From the NCBI GenBank assembly GCA_004022145.1, contig RCNU01000013.1: 64,000 nucleotides of DNA, one strand, 5' to 3'. The translations under genes and the position numbers were made by a program. This document shows, piece by piece, positions 13,151 to 26,088 of the stretch. The notes under the pieces are model-generated. The model did not search any database. It was not told the DNA's origin and saw nothing but the letters and a program-made list of their open reading frames with translations. How positions within the stretch are numbered: the first letter of the stretch is position 1; every line of letters starts with the position of its first letter. This stretch comes from Paecilomyces variotii (Eukaryota).

Positions 13151-14689
13151 TTACTGCTCATCTCCTTCGTCTGGCTGCTCAAAGAGAAAGTTTGCAGCAA
13201 GTTCCTCGTTCTTGTCACACGCGAAATAAGCCTGAATGACGGAGTCTCTGGGGAAGCCTAGTCGACAGAGCTAGAAAAGTGTTAGCTAGAGAAAGAAATT
13301 TACACTGAGACAAAATATAACAATACGTACTCTTTCAATAGCATCTCTCTCCTCCTCCGTAACAGTGATTGCCTGAGTACCGGGAGGAAGCATAGACTCG
13401 TCGTCCAGATCTTCACTCAACAACTGGAGGAACTGCTCCTGGTTCTGTCCGATCAGTTGTGCGAGCTGAGGGTTACCAGCTCCGACTTGCTGCAGGATTG
13501 GCTCGAGCATATGAGGTTGCTGCTGCACTAGCTGACGCAGCTGCTGGAAGTGCGGGTTGTTTCGGAGGAAGTCAAGGTTAGCCAATGCCTCCCCTCCAGC
13601 AGCGCCAGCACCACCACGCGCTCCACGTCCCGCACCCTGTCCGGTTCCAGCTTGAGCGGCAGCTTCAAACAAGTTGACGGGCTCATCGCCGCCAGTGGCA
13701 GTGGCACCACCAGAGGGGGCAGCAGCGGGTTGCTCTGCCGGTGCCGCGGCAGCGGCTCGCTGTTCTTGTTGGATGTTGTCCGGAATGCCCTGAGCAACGT
13801 TAGATTGTGAAGGATCGGATCACAACATCGTCTCACTCACGTTCAGTAGATAGTCAACGGCGCGGTCGGGGTTGTAGAAAGCTGCTCTCATGGCCCTCTC
13901 AATCTCGGGTCTCGGGAATCCCATTGCTTCCATCTGAGAAATCACAGACTCGCCCTGAGCGCCCATGGCCAACGCGGACGGGTCGTTGAAGGGAGCTGCA
14001 GCCGTGGCAGCCGCACCGGCGGCGCCAGCAGGCGAGGGTGTTGCGGGAACTGGGGCTGGGGCCGCAGAGGTCGAAGGAGCAGGTGCTTGGGGAGCGGCAG
14101 GCGTCGAGGCAGCAGCTCTGGCTGGAGTTGAGGGCGCTTGAGAAGTTGAGGCAGCGGCAGAGGGTGCTGTCTTGGGCTGCGCGAAGAGATCTTTGTTAGA
14201 TGACCTCCTGGAACAAGCAGTACAATCCACACATACCTTAGAAACCATGCACACTATGAACCCCTTCTCCTCGATGTTATACGACTCAATAGTGTTGGCA
14301 TCTTGCAAGATCTTGCCTGCGGGATGAAGTCATACGAGTCAGTCACTGAAATGCAGAAACGATCTGGCCAAGATATCTCTGGCCAGCAGTAAGAGTCCCC
14401 AACAAATCAAGCACTTACCGGAGTAAATTAGCTTCTGCTGAGCAACATCCCATCCTTTCTCCTGCGCAATTTTCTCCTTCACCTGGCCAACCTGAAAAGT
14501 AGAGTTAGCCCCGCTCTCGGTCAATCCCAGTGCGCTGGTTGTAGAAACGATGAGGGACATACTGTCTCCGAAGGCTCAGCTTCGATGACGAATTTTTGCT
14601 GCTTCAGATCCTAGGGTCAAGATTGTCAGTTTTGGCGGTGCAGCTTTTGTGGTGGCAGGAAGCTGGCATACCTTGAAGGTGAGCTTCAT
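13151..14689 (-). CDS. rad23: UV excision repair / ubiquitin shuttle protein Rad23 (UBL-UBA-XPCB-UBA)
   Basis: ATG at 14689 (MKLTFK|DLKQQKF). UBA1 ...[21 protein letters not shown]-binding [24 protein letters not shown]2 [27 protein letters not shown]. About six GT-AG introns. Confidence 0.97.
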
Positions 14690-17600
14690 CTTGCGCCACC
14701 GACGAGATGAACACGAAGAGAAGAGTATCAAACAGTACAGGCGCTTCCACGACCAGATGCAAGCAGGTAGAAGCCGAGTTGAGGTTCCGCAAAGCTGTGA
14801 GGATCAGTACGGGAAGAGGCAGAGGGAAGCAAAGTGAGCTTGAAGAGGATGGCGACTGGAGAAGACGATAATGATGAGGTTGGCCAGGCAGGCGGTCGCT
14901 GCCTTCCACTTTCGTAGCACCCCTCGCTAACATCGACCTAAACCCCATTCATTCATGCGCCACGGCCGCCGGAGATAACCAGTTCTATCCATCGGGTATC
15001 CAGCAGCTGTGCCACAACAGAGGCTTTACCATGAGGTTGCTATATATCTACTGGCCGGTAAGTATCAGCTGTCTCTTTTCTGCAACAGTGACAATGCTTA
15101 ACTCTAGTATGGGATGATTTGCTATTATCTATCTTGGAATAGATCATCGGTCCCCAAGTTGCTGGATGATGTGAAATACAGCCCATGAAGGTTTATGAGC
15201 GATATCTCTACATAACCAGTCAAATACTACCCATCTACAGCTCAAAGCTGGATACGGAATCCATAACAACAGTATAATTATAATTAGTGGTCATTGCTCT
15301 ATAACTTCACTCTGCATTGACCGACGTGCTTTCGATTAAAGTGACACTGCTATTACTTACTACACTGAAAAGTACCTTAAGAGCTTCCTTTGAAAAATAA
15401 TAAGGCACATATTTAGGTAATTCTAGCCGCAGGAAAAGCATAGGTTCCTCTTCTCCAATCAAAAGAACAAAAATAGATGAGAGCGTCTGTAGTACCAATC
15501 AAAGCAAAGCGCAGATCAGAAGAACTGTCAGTTCTGGAATAATCTTTATCCAGAAGAGCCAGACACATAACAATAAGTACCTATAACTATTTTGCTCATT
15601 TCTCTGGCTCTATATATCATGGTATTCACCTCTACTTCCGCGTTCTGAACCTACCAGATTGCCTAGAAGATTATTCAGAGTGCATATGGCATCTGGTTAC
15701 TCAACTCTTTTTCTAGGGCTTACTCACCTCTTATCACGTATTATTTTACTTCTGCTATAAGCAGAGCAAAGGAGCAACATATTAATTCGAGAAATAACAC
15801 CTGGTGTATTATATTTCTTCTTGCTGTGCTCTCTTTAATAAACAAGGCACGACTTTCGTACTTCCTACCGCTGCATCAACACAATGCGAAGGTTTAGCCA
15901 AGAGAGCAGAGATGGTATCACATCGTGCCCTATATTAACTAACTGTGCTCGTATTGCTAGAGATCTGACGTGCAGTGGGTGGCTTATTCGCGACCAATGC
16001 GACCTCGAATCCAGCAGCCTGTAGCCGTTAGAACCCCTGGCAGCGTTGCATCGACAGTCCCTCTCATCCTCATTTCCTCTTAGTCCGATAGGAGGATTTT
16101 AGAATAAAGCAAAAAGTAATCGCCACGGGAGTCGATTGGATAGATGGCTTTAGTGAATTCTTTGGCTGATGTCGGTCGTAATCGAGTTGACCAGAACATG
16201 ATGAAATATATATAGATTGCCTATTGCGCTTTGACTGATCGAAGCCTCTGATAGAAACCTCTTCTCAGTAACTCGTAATACCAGAAATGTATTGGAAATA
16301 GAATATTCTTATGGTATTTCTCCGTGTTATGTCGGAGGGTACAATCTCATCGAATGGTTCATGCAACATCTGATAGCAGTGGCCTTTCCGCAACTAAGAA
16401 ACCTCGAGCACGATTGAATTAGGTATTCAAAGGATCGCGCAAATGCGCATATGTTTGTTACGATATCCTCAAACAAATACCCAGATGGGAAGGTCCATAA
16501 GTATAACCACCACCTCAGCTGTTGCGTCTTTCAAATATCAATGGATGACTACATTCTTCTTACGGATTTAAACAGGCCATTAGGGAGCCACGGTCTCGCA
16601 TCCGGAAGATAATGATTATTAAGTCAAATTCTGCCACCCGGAAATTGAGGCCGAACCCTGCGTGGGAGGCTAAGCATTATTCCCAAAATCTATAGCACAA
16701 ACAAAAACGGATATCACCTTGTCGCCTTTTAGACAAAGACACGCTTGCCCTATCCGATGATCTGCAGTATGACATATTCGCTCTTGATTGCTTGAGGTTC
16801 GTATCCAGTACTCGCGGGTTCTTTTCCTCAACGGCTGTCATATCCGACCCGTGCGGCTCCGCCACCATTCAATTGTGTATCTCAAGCCCTTGACTCTTGG
16901 TGAGGGTATCGCGTTGGGAAAGAACCTGCTTTTCAACCCTCGCTCTGCGGTCTCGAAATTGTAGCGGAAGATGGACCCGGAAGAGAAAAGCTAGCCTATA
17001 GTACTACTATAGACTATTAAGTCGGGCTGTGGACAGCGCGGAGAATACTATTGGCTTATCGGTGATCACTGAAGTATCGGGAACTCGGGTTCGTCTCCGG
17101 ATCTTCTTAGGAGCAGCCGCTATCAACGAGATCGCGAGACGCGTCCAACACCATGCTGCCCTTCAGGCATCTAGCTGGTCAAGCATTCAGATCCTCGTGG
17201 CACGGAGCTACTGATTTCACTGGGGTCTGGTGGAGAATTTGTCGCCGGAACCAATGGCCGGGGGATGTGGTATGCTCGGCATATTCTACTCTACAGAGTC
17301 GACATGGGTGTACTTCTTTACCACAAGCCAGAGGTCAAGTTTCTGCTGGGGATGTGCTGATTATTGATGAGGAGATATTGGCAGGGTTCGTATGCGTGGA
17401 ATAACTCCAAAACATTCCAGCAGATCTGTAGAAGGGTTCGATCCAAGAGGATTTCACTTCCATGGAAAAGAACGGCCCTTATCGAATAACCTCAACTCAG
17501 TTTCAGCCCATCTATTCTAGTAGGACGGCAATTCTCTTGTACGGGGGACGGCTCAGCCGTCAGTTCCCGTCGAGAGAACCGTGTATCAGCCGGTCTTTCC

Positions 17601-18227
17601 TAGTCTTCATCTCTATTTATTGTTCGCGCGAGCAAACGTTGACATGAACCCTGCATGGTAGGGAATATGGCATTCTTAGATAGGCATCCTGGACTTCCCG
17701 GGATCACCTTATAATTTCTATAGAGTTCTCTAATCTATATAATATATATAGAGCTCAAATCTATACCTACCGTTCGCCATCCCTTCGTTATATAGGCAGA
17801 TAATAATATTCATCTTTATACGGCCCCGCTGCCTTGGGCTTCTACATTCTCTTACAGTTGCCCCTGCAGCCATACATTCGTTGTCAGTTACTGTGCTCAG
17901 AAAGTTCTTCTACTCTCTTTTAGTCTTATAATTCAATACCAACAGCTCGAAGCCGCTTGTTTACGGTTCACTCGACGCCGTATCGCCTCATTAATATCCA
18001 TTGCCGACTTGCGAACTGTCTCTGAGCCTGATATCCTAATACCCGGCCTACGTTCTCAACTCGATATTGGCAATGAATGATTCTATATAGACCTAGCAGT
18101 CTGATTGAGGCATTGATTAGTCCTCGACCCTGGGGCGCGGGATAATCCTCGTTCCAAATATCTCTATAGATCATTCACTTGCTACGTTGATCCTCCACGC
18201 TTCTTAATACTTTTGCTTCAAGCAGCC

Positions 18228-19535
18228 ATGACACGGGAGGCCGTAGTGCTTTATTCGTTCGTTTTCTTTGCCTTTGTATCGACTTTCACTGCGACTGTTT
18301 TGAATGGCGTCTTTGCGGCTTCTCTCAGGCGTCTATCAACACCACACTCTCTCGACTTCGCTTCTGTCGGGCTCAATACCATAAGCTGCGTTATTCTGCT
18401 GGCATGGACATCGTTAATTTTTGCGAGAGGAGACGTTTTACCGACAACTTTGAAGTCATCGGAAAAGGGGATATTATTTGCCATTGTATCATACCTCTTT
18501 GCCACGATAGAGGTCACTGGAGGGGCGGTAGCGTGGAGTGGCGTCCAATTCCTAAAGACATCGACCACGAAATTCCCCAGTCGAACGGAGTCGCTTCTCA
18601 TCGCCTGGACTGTGATGTGGGCTATGTCTTCTTTCTTTCAAGGACTGGTTTGTGGCACGTTGATAGCGACCTTAATGCAGCATAGCAACCAAGACAATGG
18701 GCGGCGAGTGGTCGCCTCCCTGGAACGGCAAACGACTGCTTCGACGAGTGATATTCGACAAGATAGACCTTCTGCGCCAATACGCAGATATTCTCTTCGT
18801 GAGAAATTCAAGTCGAGCTCTGAGCGATTGAATTCAATTCGCTCTTCCATTACAGGGCTTATCACGCCTATGACCCCGCTGGGACGCTCCAACTCTAAAC
18901 GCGTTCCCAAGCACACGTTTCCTGAGTCTGCTTCAGGAGACTATGACACTCGAGAGCGTGCTTTTGATAATTGGGACACCTCTAGTGTCAGTCGGGAAAA
19001 TAAAGAGACGGCATTGCGGTCAAGCATGCTGTCCTCCAAGCCCCTACCTCAACTTCCTAATCGCAGTCGGCCACAAACAGCAAATACGCTCACAGGGTCG
19101 ATACTGAGCAGTTCATCAACTACCTTGCCGCCGTCACCGCAAGGGCCACGCTGTGGGCTTCCTCGAGGAGTCTCTCGACCCCGGACAGTATCTTTGGAGA
19201 GCCATATACATCCACTTTTTCGTTCCGATAGCCCATCACCATCGCCAACACCTAGTCCAGGAACAGTCCTGACAGCTTCGCCTCTTGCAGGCCAGACCAT
19301 CAACACACATACAGTGCGCAAGATAAGATCCAGCAGTATTCTTCAGAGTTCCCAGCCGCTTCCTAGTATCGACTCATCAGAGGACTTGAGCGAGACAGAC
19401 CGTCGCCGCCCTCGACCAGCTCATCATAATTCTGTTTCCTCCATGCCTGAGTTCGTCTTGGCTGCTGGAATTCGACATAGCGCACTGGACTACGAGAAGC
19501 GGAAATACGCATCGAAGTATAATCCTCAACGATAG
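18228..19535 (+). CDS. Uncharacterised membrane protein: about 4 N-terminal TM helices and a long Ser/Pro/Arg-rich tail
   Basis: Intronless 435-codon ORF from ATG 18228 (context GCAGCCATG). Four hydrophobic segments in the first ~150 aa. Discrete motifs AFDNWDTSSV and SHIHPLFRSDSP in the tail. Confidence 0.85.
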   Translation: MTREAVVLYSFVFFAFVSTFTATVLNGVFAASLRRLSTPHSLDFASVGLNTISCVILLAWTSLIFARGDVLPTTLKSSEKGILFAIVSYLFATIEVTGGAVAWSGVQFLKTSTTKFPSRTESLLIAWTVMWAMSSFFQGLVCGTLIATLMQHSNQDNGRRVVASLERQTTASTSDIRQDRPSAPIRRYSLREKFKSSSERLNSIRSSITGLITPMTPLGRSNSKRVPKHTFPESASGDYDTRERAFDNWDTSSVSRENKETALRSSMLSSKPLPQLPNRSRPQTANTLTGSILSSSSTTLPPSPQGPRCGLPRGVSRPRTVSLESHIHPLFRSDSPSPSPTPSPGTVLTASPLAGQTINTHTVRKIRSSSILQSSQPLPSIDSSEDLSETDRRRPRPAHHNSVSSMPEFVLAAGIRHSALDYEKRKYASKYNPQR

Positions 19536-22513
19536 AAGCACGGGTCTTTTCATCTAGTCTGCAAAGGACGCCTGGTACAATCCCCTTTGCTGCAACATTC
19601 TATGTGCAGCAGTCTGTCATTTCCATAATGAAATTTTACGAATACGAAGTCAAGTACTTGGGTATATAGCGCCACGAGGGATGGTTATTGTTCATTCCCG
19701 CGGAAGGTCAGTTTGGATCCGAGGAACCCGATCTGCCTTCTGAAAGGGTTTGATAATCTCCTATAGGTCGTGAGGTATAATGTGTAGTGTACAGATGCCA
19801 CTCTTTTGTTCACCCATAAATATCAACTTTCATTCATTGGCCTTGTTGTGCAGTAGGAATCATGGCCCCGTATCCTGTAGAGTATATTCATATTGCACTG
19901 TTCATTGTGGCTCACAAACTCGCTTTACGCATGGATACCATCCGAATCTCTTGAGAGTGAAAAAAGGATGAGTCGTGTAAATATTCAAATCAAGATGCTA
20001 AGCAGACTTTGCTCTTCCGAAAATTCGTACTATGGAAAGAGAGCTAGAAAGTCGGGTCCACGTGAACGGTCAGAAGAAATGTAACTAGATCTGCAGTGCA
20101 CTTGCGGTCAACATTTAGTTAGTTGTCCTGGCACTACTTTTCCTTTACTCTGTTTTTACTTTAGCACTATGCAGTCTTCGCCGATGTTACGTGTTATAGT
20201 TGTTCCTCCTGGTTCCGGAGGACAGCTGATAATTCCCCAGAGAACCAGTACACAGAGTTGGTGAATTGTCGTGCTATAGAAATAGGACATGCTATGATAC
20301 TTATTCCTGTATTATTATGTCTAATCTATGTGTTAAAAACCCATCGCTACGATAATCATTAATCTATTTTACGAAGGCAAGGTCTAATCATTATTACCTT
20401 TGCTCGCACCGAAAGCGGGAGAGCCGAGTGGGCCGGAGCCTGTTTGTGGAGCCATCTGGGAGAATAATTGACTAGTAGCTCTGGCACTAAGATTGCTTAC
20501 AGGAACTTTGTCCGGCTCTCCGGGGGTGCAGGAATAATAATGATACTATGACTGTGGTAATTATTATTATTATTATTATCCTCCTCTATTTAGCAATCAG
20601 TGGTGACGGATTGTGTCCCGATTGCGCCATGTTATAGATGCGTTAGCGTCAAGTCTTTCTTTCGACTTTGATTTCTGCTTCCGTTCGATAGTATTGATTG
20701 ATCTCCTTCAGATGGCCACGTTGTCTGTCTATAACAGTAGACGTTACAGGGTGTTTGGTAGCTGTACGTAAGAGTATATCAATATGTAATGTGAGATACA
20801 TGGTATATCTTAGACTATCTGGCATTGATTGCGTGTCTTTTGGACATTATGATATCTTTCCATAAGCGCAGAGTCGGGATCTGTCTTGCCATTGAGGAAA
20901 AAAGACAGGATGGTGAAGATTACGGGGGACGTGGCGCCCTGGTAACGTCCTGTCACGGCGGCTAGGGTGAGCCAATCAGACGATGCAAAAGCCTACCAGT
21001 GTGGACGGATTCCGGCGCGGTACGGTATGGCGTACAGTTGGTACGGGCATCTCTCGGCGCCTTTCATGTCTTCTCGTCTGGCGTCCTGGGCAAATCTCTT
21101 GCAGGATAACAAGGCTGGAACACACTGTTCTATGCAAATCGCAACATCCTATTGCATAGGATTGAGCTCTTTTCATCGCAGAGCGTGCTGCTTACATCTT
21201 CTGGGGTACTCCTGTCCCTGAGCTGTAGTGGGTTTCCGCGCTGGCCTGAGCTTTCTGACTCGGGTGAGAAGAACTCTTACTACAACTATTCCTGGCCGTC
21301 CAGTGTTGCTGTGATCCAGCTTCAGTCCAACACTTCACCACGTCGTCCTTTGCATCGTCTTTTCTCTCTCTGTGAAAACTTCTTTTTCTCGTTTCAAGAG
21401 AAAGAGTCTCAATCAAAGCGCGACTCGAGTGGACGCTGTCCTTGAACTCGACTGCTTCCGTAGATTGTGTTCTACCGGCCTCTTTTTACACCCTCGTGTC
21501 TACTCTTACTACTGGTCTTTCTCCCTGTCTCGGACCGAACCTCAAGCTTTTCCTGGATCCGGTAGTGCGCGTTATTGATCTAACAGCAACCCACCCTTGC
21601 TTTGCCAACATCGTCTTTTGCCAGCAGCATGGTGTTCTTTTGCGTGGATCTCTAATCGTCGCTCCCGTCACGATCGATCAGCTTCTTCGCGGCCAGCATC
21701 GCTCTAATACGCTTCTCAAGCACTGGAGCGGATCTGCGACCTCTTTAGCCGCGACTTGCTTACGCCACACTAGTCCAAGTCGCTAGACATACTCTCTGAT
21801 CGTGTCAGCTCCAGTGATCTAATACCTCTCATCGACCTAATTACGACTGAGAGCTCTACTGGTACTTTATCCTGAAGATCTCGCGAGAAAGCACATTCTC
21901 GTCGCGCCTCGTCACAACATCTTCCATCTTATTTGATCCATCTTCTCTCTCTACTTACTCTTGCCACGGCTTTCTAAATTTTACCTCTGCTTCGGCGATA
22001 CTGCTTCTTTTCTTAGACGCATTGTTGCGACTAGAAACTAGCCTCTATCGCGACGGCTCTACTGGCAGGTCTAAAGGTAAGAAACTGTGTTCCTTTCTTT
22101 TTCTACTTTCTCATCGCGCATCGCTCTTGTTCCCATATTTCTCAATTCCTTGTTTCCCAGTCCCAGACGCTTCTGGTTCCCCAGCAGATCTCACCACCTG
22201 CATTTTCATTCCCATTCACATTAGCTAGACCTCGATCTCTGATGTGTTCCTACCCAAGTCTTGATTGGCTCTCCTGAAAGTGTTTCTTGTGGATCCGAGT
22301 GAGGCTGGTGTTTTCTTTGTCCCCCACTACTGACTTCCTACTTACTGTATCTAAATCCCTACAACCCTCTACTTCTCTGTCTTCAACTCTTCAACTCTTC
22401 CACGTCTTCCCTCTCCCAGAACCAACATCAAAATTTCTTCTACACTGCATCGTTTCTAAAGACTCTACAGAATACGCAAGGACTGCATCGTTTCAACGCT
22501 CAGGAAGTCAGCC

Positions 22514-24948
22514 ATGGCTGGCGTGAAACGCAAATCAGAGGCTGCTCAAGAGCATGCCGTGGAGATTCGCAACAACGCTGCTACTGCTTCTGCTGAAGGT
22601 CCCGAGTCCACTTTCGGTAACTATTCATGACGATGGTCTTCATAGCTTCATGGCTAACATTCATCTTCAGATTCTACAATTGGCTCCACTCCTCGCAGCC
22701 GTGGTTCTAGAGCACGTGGCACGCGTGGTAATCGTGCTGCTCGCGGTGTTCGCGGAAACCGTGGACGCGGAGCTGCTGTTTCTGCTGAAGCTACTGCTGC
22801 TACTTCTCATGAACCCGAACCTGAAACTCCTCGTTCCAAGCGTACGAGACGGAGCATTGCTATGGAGGAAACTCCTCGTACTACCAGGCAGTCAGCAAGG
22901 TTGGGTTCCAAAGTGGTGACGAACTCTTCTTCTTCTATCCATCAACCAGACTTCCAAGATCATTCGAACGACCATCAGGCAGAGATGATCGCTCCCGAAG
23001 AACGAGAGGCCCTCCCTGGTCGTGAAACGCGGAACAAAGGTGCCGCGAAGTCTGCAGAGGCTAACAACACTTCTCATAACCATCACACTCGTGATTCCTT
23101 ATCTCCTACTTCTGCGCCTCCTGCCAACACTGCTGAAAACGCCCAACATCATTCTTCTCCTGGTTCTTTTGTACCTGCGTCTGATGACGCTCTCGAGCAC
23201 TCTACCAAGAATCGTCGGGCTTCCGATACTGGAGAACTATCTACTGCTGGCGCACGTGATCTCAAGAACACACCTACCACTGCATCCGGGTTGAGAAAGC
23301 GTAGGGCTGCGAAACTCGAAGATGAAGACGATGCCGATCCTTCTTACTCTCCTGACTCTAACAAGAAACCGAAAATGGAGGAAGACGAGACTGAACATGC
23401 GTTGCAGCAACAGCTACAGAACGGCGATGATGAGAGTCCTGCTTCACCCTCACTTGCACACGAAGAAAAGATTGAGTCGCGCGAGATCACAGAAGAAGTC
23501 GGCAACACTCCTGAAGATGATACTGCGCCGGCCAATAATCGAGGCCGAGGTCGTGGCCGCGGACGTGGACGTGGACGCGGCCGTGGTGGACGCGGCGGAG
23601 CAACTGGACGTGGAGGACGTGGTGGGAAGCGTGGAGGCGCTCGTGGACGTGGCCGTGGCCGTGGAGGACGCGGCGGACGAGGAGCGAGACGCGGCGATGG
23701 CAGTGACACTGAATACGACTTTCCTTCTCGTTCACCTTCTCCTAGCCCTGCTACACTGAAACTCCGGGAACGCCAGAAAGAACTCGACAAGGTGTTCAAG
23801 AAGGTGGCTGCTGCACAACGACTTGCCCTGTCCGTCCTGGCAACGCAATCTCACAAGCGCCTGGCTCGCGACAAAAACGCTCACTTGCAAGTCAAGGAGC
23901 ACGAAGAGGTCCAACGGGACCTGAAGAAGCGGTTGGAGCAACGGAAAGCAATCCTCCGCCGCAGCTACGAGCTGAAGGTGGAAGAGGCAGAGATCCTCTT
24001 CGCCGCGAACAAGGAGCGCCTCGAACGGCAATTTAGAGTGAGTTGATCTCCTTTTCCTTTCCCTTCTTTCCATCTTTAGATTATTGCTAATTCTCACGAC
24101 AACAGGCTTCGGCTCTACATATTCAAGAAGAACACCTGCTGGCCGCGCAAGGCGAATATATGGCCTTTATCGAAGGCTACCGGCAGGCGGAGGACGACGA
24201 CCACACGGAAACCAACGACTCGGAGTCTGAACCTGAGCGCGGCTTCGCTCCCCCCGCGGGAAAGAAGTTCAAGCGAGGGTACAACTCCTCCTTCGTAAGG
24301 GACCCCGCTGGGGCCGCTGCGTACGAGCGGGCCAGCTACGGCTGGGACGACTTCGTTCAGCGGGCGAAGTTGGGAGGGGACATTAGTCCCCAGATGAAGG
24401 AGATCAACCAGGAGACCCCGGGCCCCCACGGCGCCGATATCTTGTCCCTGTTGATCCGGGCCAGCGAGGCAGTCAACAACCAGCCTCAACAACCAGAGGC
24501 AATGCCGGCTGCCATGTTCGCCCTGGCGGACGCCGCGACCGCTGAGCTGCACCGAGCTCAGCAGGAACAACAAGCCAAGTCGGCGCGTCCGTCGGCCCAT
24601 CGAGCCATTCTGCCACAGCCAACTCCGCAGATGGCTCATGGGCCGACGGATCCGCGCTCGTTCCTCTTCGCGGCTCCCCAGCGGCAGCAACAGCAACAGC
24701 AACAGCAGCAGCAGCAGCAGCAGCAACGGCGCCTCCTGCCCGCTGGCCAGATTCCGCCGATCAACGAGCAACTCGGGCTCCCAGACCCGTTCGTTGCTCC
24801 CGGCGGAGCTCCCCAACTTCCCCCTCCGAAGGGGTCGAATTTCCAGCGTCCGCTGCCGGGGTACCTCCCTGGGCCCCCTCTCTACTACCCTCCGCCGCCG
24901 CCTCCGCCGCCTGGCCCAGCGGCCCCGGGTCACCGGCCCCCTTACTAA
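22514..24948 (+). CDS. Uncharacterised nuclear protein (~770 aa) with two RG/RGG tracts, a central coiled coil, polyQ and a Pro-rich C-terminus
   Basis: Exons 22514-22616, 22671-24037 and 24106-24948 join in frame (MAGVKRKS...). Basic NLS-like motifs, an (RG)n tract at about 23540-23697, and Q15 at about 24684-24726. Confidence 0.88.
24684..24726 (+). repeat. CAG/CAA trinucleotide repeat encoding polyglutamine
   Basis: cagcaacagcaacagcaacagcagcagcagcagcagcagcaa in the third exon. Confidence 0.9.
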
Positions 24949-26088
24949 GGGGGTAACGGGACCCGTGGTGGTTTGTTGTGTGGTGTGGTATGATGTGGTT
25001 GTCTTGCCTTGTCTGTTTTGTTTTGTTCTGTTTTGTTTCTGTCCTGTCCCTTTCTTTTGATTCCCCATCCTGTCCCACTCTCCCCGAGTCCGGGACAGGA
25101 CTCGTGTTTCCTGTGTCTTGTTTGTTTTGTTTTGTTTCCGTTTCTTGTTGGTTGTGCTCTTTGGCGGGAAAGGGGGCGTTGTCCGCTGTACCATAGCTGG
25201 GCTCGTGCTGATGGTGGTTTTGTTCCTTCGAGATCTTTTACGTCTTGTTCTGATCTTCTTTTTACTGCGGCGGTTCTCCTGGTCTTTCCTGCCCTGTACC
25301 ATACAATCAAAGGGGGGCGATGGTTCGGTTGCATGTCTATCTGTCTCTGTGTTTCTTTTCTCCTGTCTTTCTGTCGTCCTGCTTGTTCCTTTCTCTCTAC
25401 ATGTGTCTACATGGGCATCACTGTATCAACAGAACGTGTGTATATTATCGTCAAGCCGTGCTAGCGGTAATTGGGCACAGGCATGCATCAGAGCATTTCG
25501 AATATTCTACCTTGGAATCTGACGGAGATGTGCTGTAGCTGGCTAACTTAGTATTTAGTCATAGTTAGTTAGTCTACTCCAGAGGGAGTTAACTAACTAC
25601 CTACCTGTATGTACCAAGACTCCATCTGTGGCAATATTAATGCAGACTTGAATTTCTCATTCTGGATCACGATGACTCTTACTTCTGACTCAGATCCGGT
25701 CTAGCGTCCCCCACCCGAACGAAGAAAAGAAACAAAGCGGGGACAAAAGCAAAAAAATCGGGAGAATTAAATTAATACCAGATATTCTTAGTGATATATA
25801 TCCAGAAGACTTCTTCTTGTGAGAGACAGCCCGTGTTTGCTGCTGAGATACTTAATACTCAAACGGCACTTTTTTTTTCTTTTTTCTTTTTTCGGGACGA
25901 ATCGAATCGGTCGCTTCCCGACGTCACTGCCCCTCTTTGACGAACCTCTGTGAAAGAACTTCATATCTTTTTCTTACGTTCTTATTCATCTCCCCTCGGG
26001 CCTTCGACGATCTTGTTCATCTCTCCTTCTTTTCCCCTATAATAATTCCGTCGTTTATCGAAACTCGAGCCCAGGACGAATAGCAATC

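Noticed and set aside
17434..17444. GGGTTCGATCC, similar to a tRNA T-loop / B-box
   Set aside because: No acceptor, D or anticodon stems can be formed around it.
24115..25302. 395-aa minus-strand ORF overlapping the RG-repeat gene
   Set aside because: Antisense shadow of a GC-rich exon and a low-complexity UTR; starts at a non-AUG codon and translates to poly-Leu/Arg/Lys with no domain.
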